A DNA stretch of 25,515 nucleotides from Armatimonadota bacterium (lineage in GTDB: Bacteria; Sysuimicrobiota; Sysuimicrobiia; Sysuimicrobiales; Humicultoraceae). A program made the translations under genes and the position numbers. Below, piece after piece: positions 25,249-25,515 of the stretch. Each line of letters opens with the position of its first letter. The first letter of the stretch is position 1. The notes under the pieces were generated by a model that saw only the letters and a program-made list of their open reading frames with translations, was not told where the DNA came from and searched no databases. The stretch lies in contig JBBIOM010000029.1 in the NCBI GenBank assembly GCA_037443365.1, positions 1 through 25,515 on the forward strand, in the 5' to 3' direction.

Positions 25249-25515
25249 CGGAGTCGTAAGCCAGGCGGGAGGCCTCGGCGATAAGCGTTGAGGCCTCGCC
25301 GCCTGAGAGTCCCTGGCCCAGGGGCGTAGCGAAATCCTTGGTCAGGGCGGCTACGATCAGCGGACCGCGATCCGCAAAGACGACGCCCACGTCGTGGCGG
25401 ACGCCCGGAAGCTCGCCCGTCTTGTGGGCGACGCCCACTCCCTGAGGAAGGAGAAACGGGATCCTGTCGCGCACCTGCTGACGCCGGAGGATCCCGATCG
25501 CCAGATCGCACAGCC
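25235..25515 (-). CDS. Class A beta-lactamase-related serine hydrolase, C-terminal part only
   Basis: LCDLAIGILRRQQVRDRIPFLLP..VAHKTGELPGVRHDVGVV (KTG motif); the 5' end is outside the window. Confidence 0.8.
   Translation of the reverse strand, partial: LCDLAIGILRRQQVRDRIPFLLPQGVGVAHKTGELPGVRHDVGVVFADRGPLIVAALTKDFATPLGQGLSGGEASTLIAEASRLAYDSVTGA

Noticed and set aside
25235-25515. Antibiotic-resistance interpretation of the beta-lactamase-fold genes and the Fsr-like MFS
   Set aside because: Only fold-level motifs are visible; such homologues are often esterases, peptidases or general transporters, and there is no mobile context.
1-25515. CRISPR arrays, tRNA/rRNA, IS elements, cobalamin riboswitch
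   Set aside because: I saw no periodic repeats, cloverleaf, transposase or B12-box in the short intergenic regions. An Infernal/Rfam scan would be needed to exclude small RNAs formally.

Overview
High-GC bacterial chromosomal window, densely coding, with no rRNA, tRNA, CRISPR or mobile element that I can support. Left half (1-13.4 kb): a partial Cys-rich HD-domain protein, HpcH/HpaI aldolase, an lhgO-dipeptidase-threonine synthase-like unit, DinB, ferritin, a Tat-exported serine hydrolase plus MFS, an endonuclease V homologue that has lost most catalytic residues, an ACT protein, TspO, DUF305, a cold-shock protein, a Ysc84/SYLF protein and an Fsr-like MFS. Right half (13.4-25.2 kb): a LacI-linked locus with a family-5 ABC importer, a cupin, two intact non-HemE UROD/MtaA-family proteins and a divergent corrinoid protein, which is a candidate B12-dependent demethylation/catabolic system. 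The corrinoid gene is flanked by internally deleted gene remnants (UROD, RpiR, GpsA-like). The window ends in a partial class A beta-lactamase-fold gene. An AGG-N18/19-GAA (SigH-like) motif recurs upstream of most transcription units, and a perfect FNR/CRP-type box sits in class II position upstream of the HD gene. All product calls come from motif recognition, not database searches.
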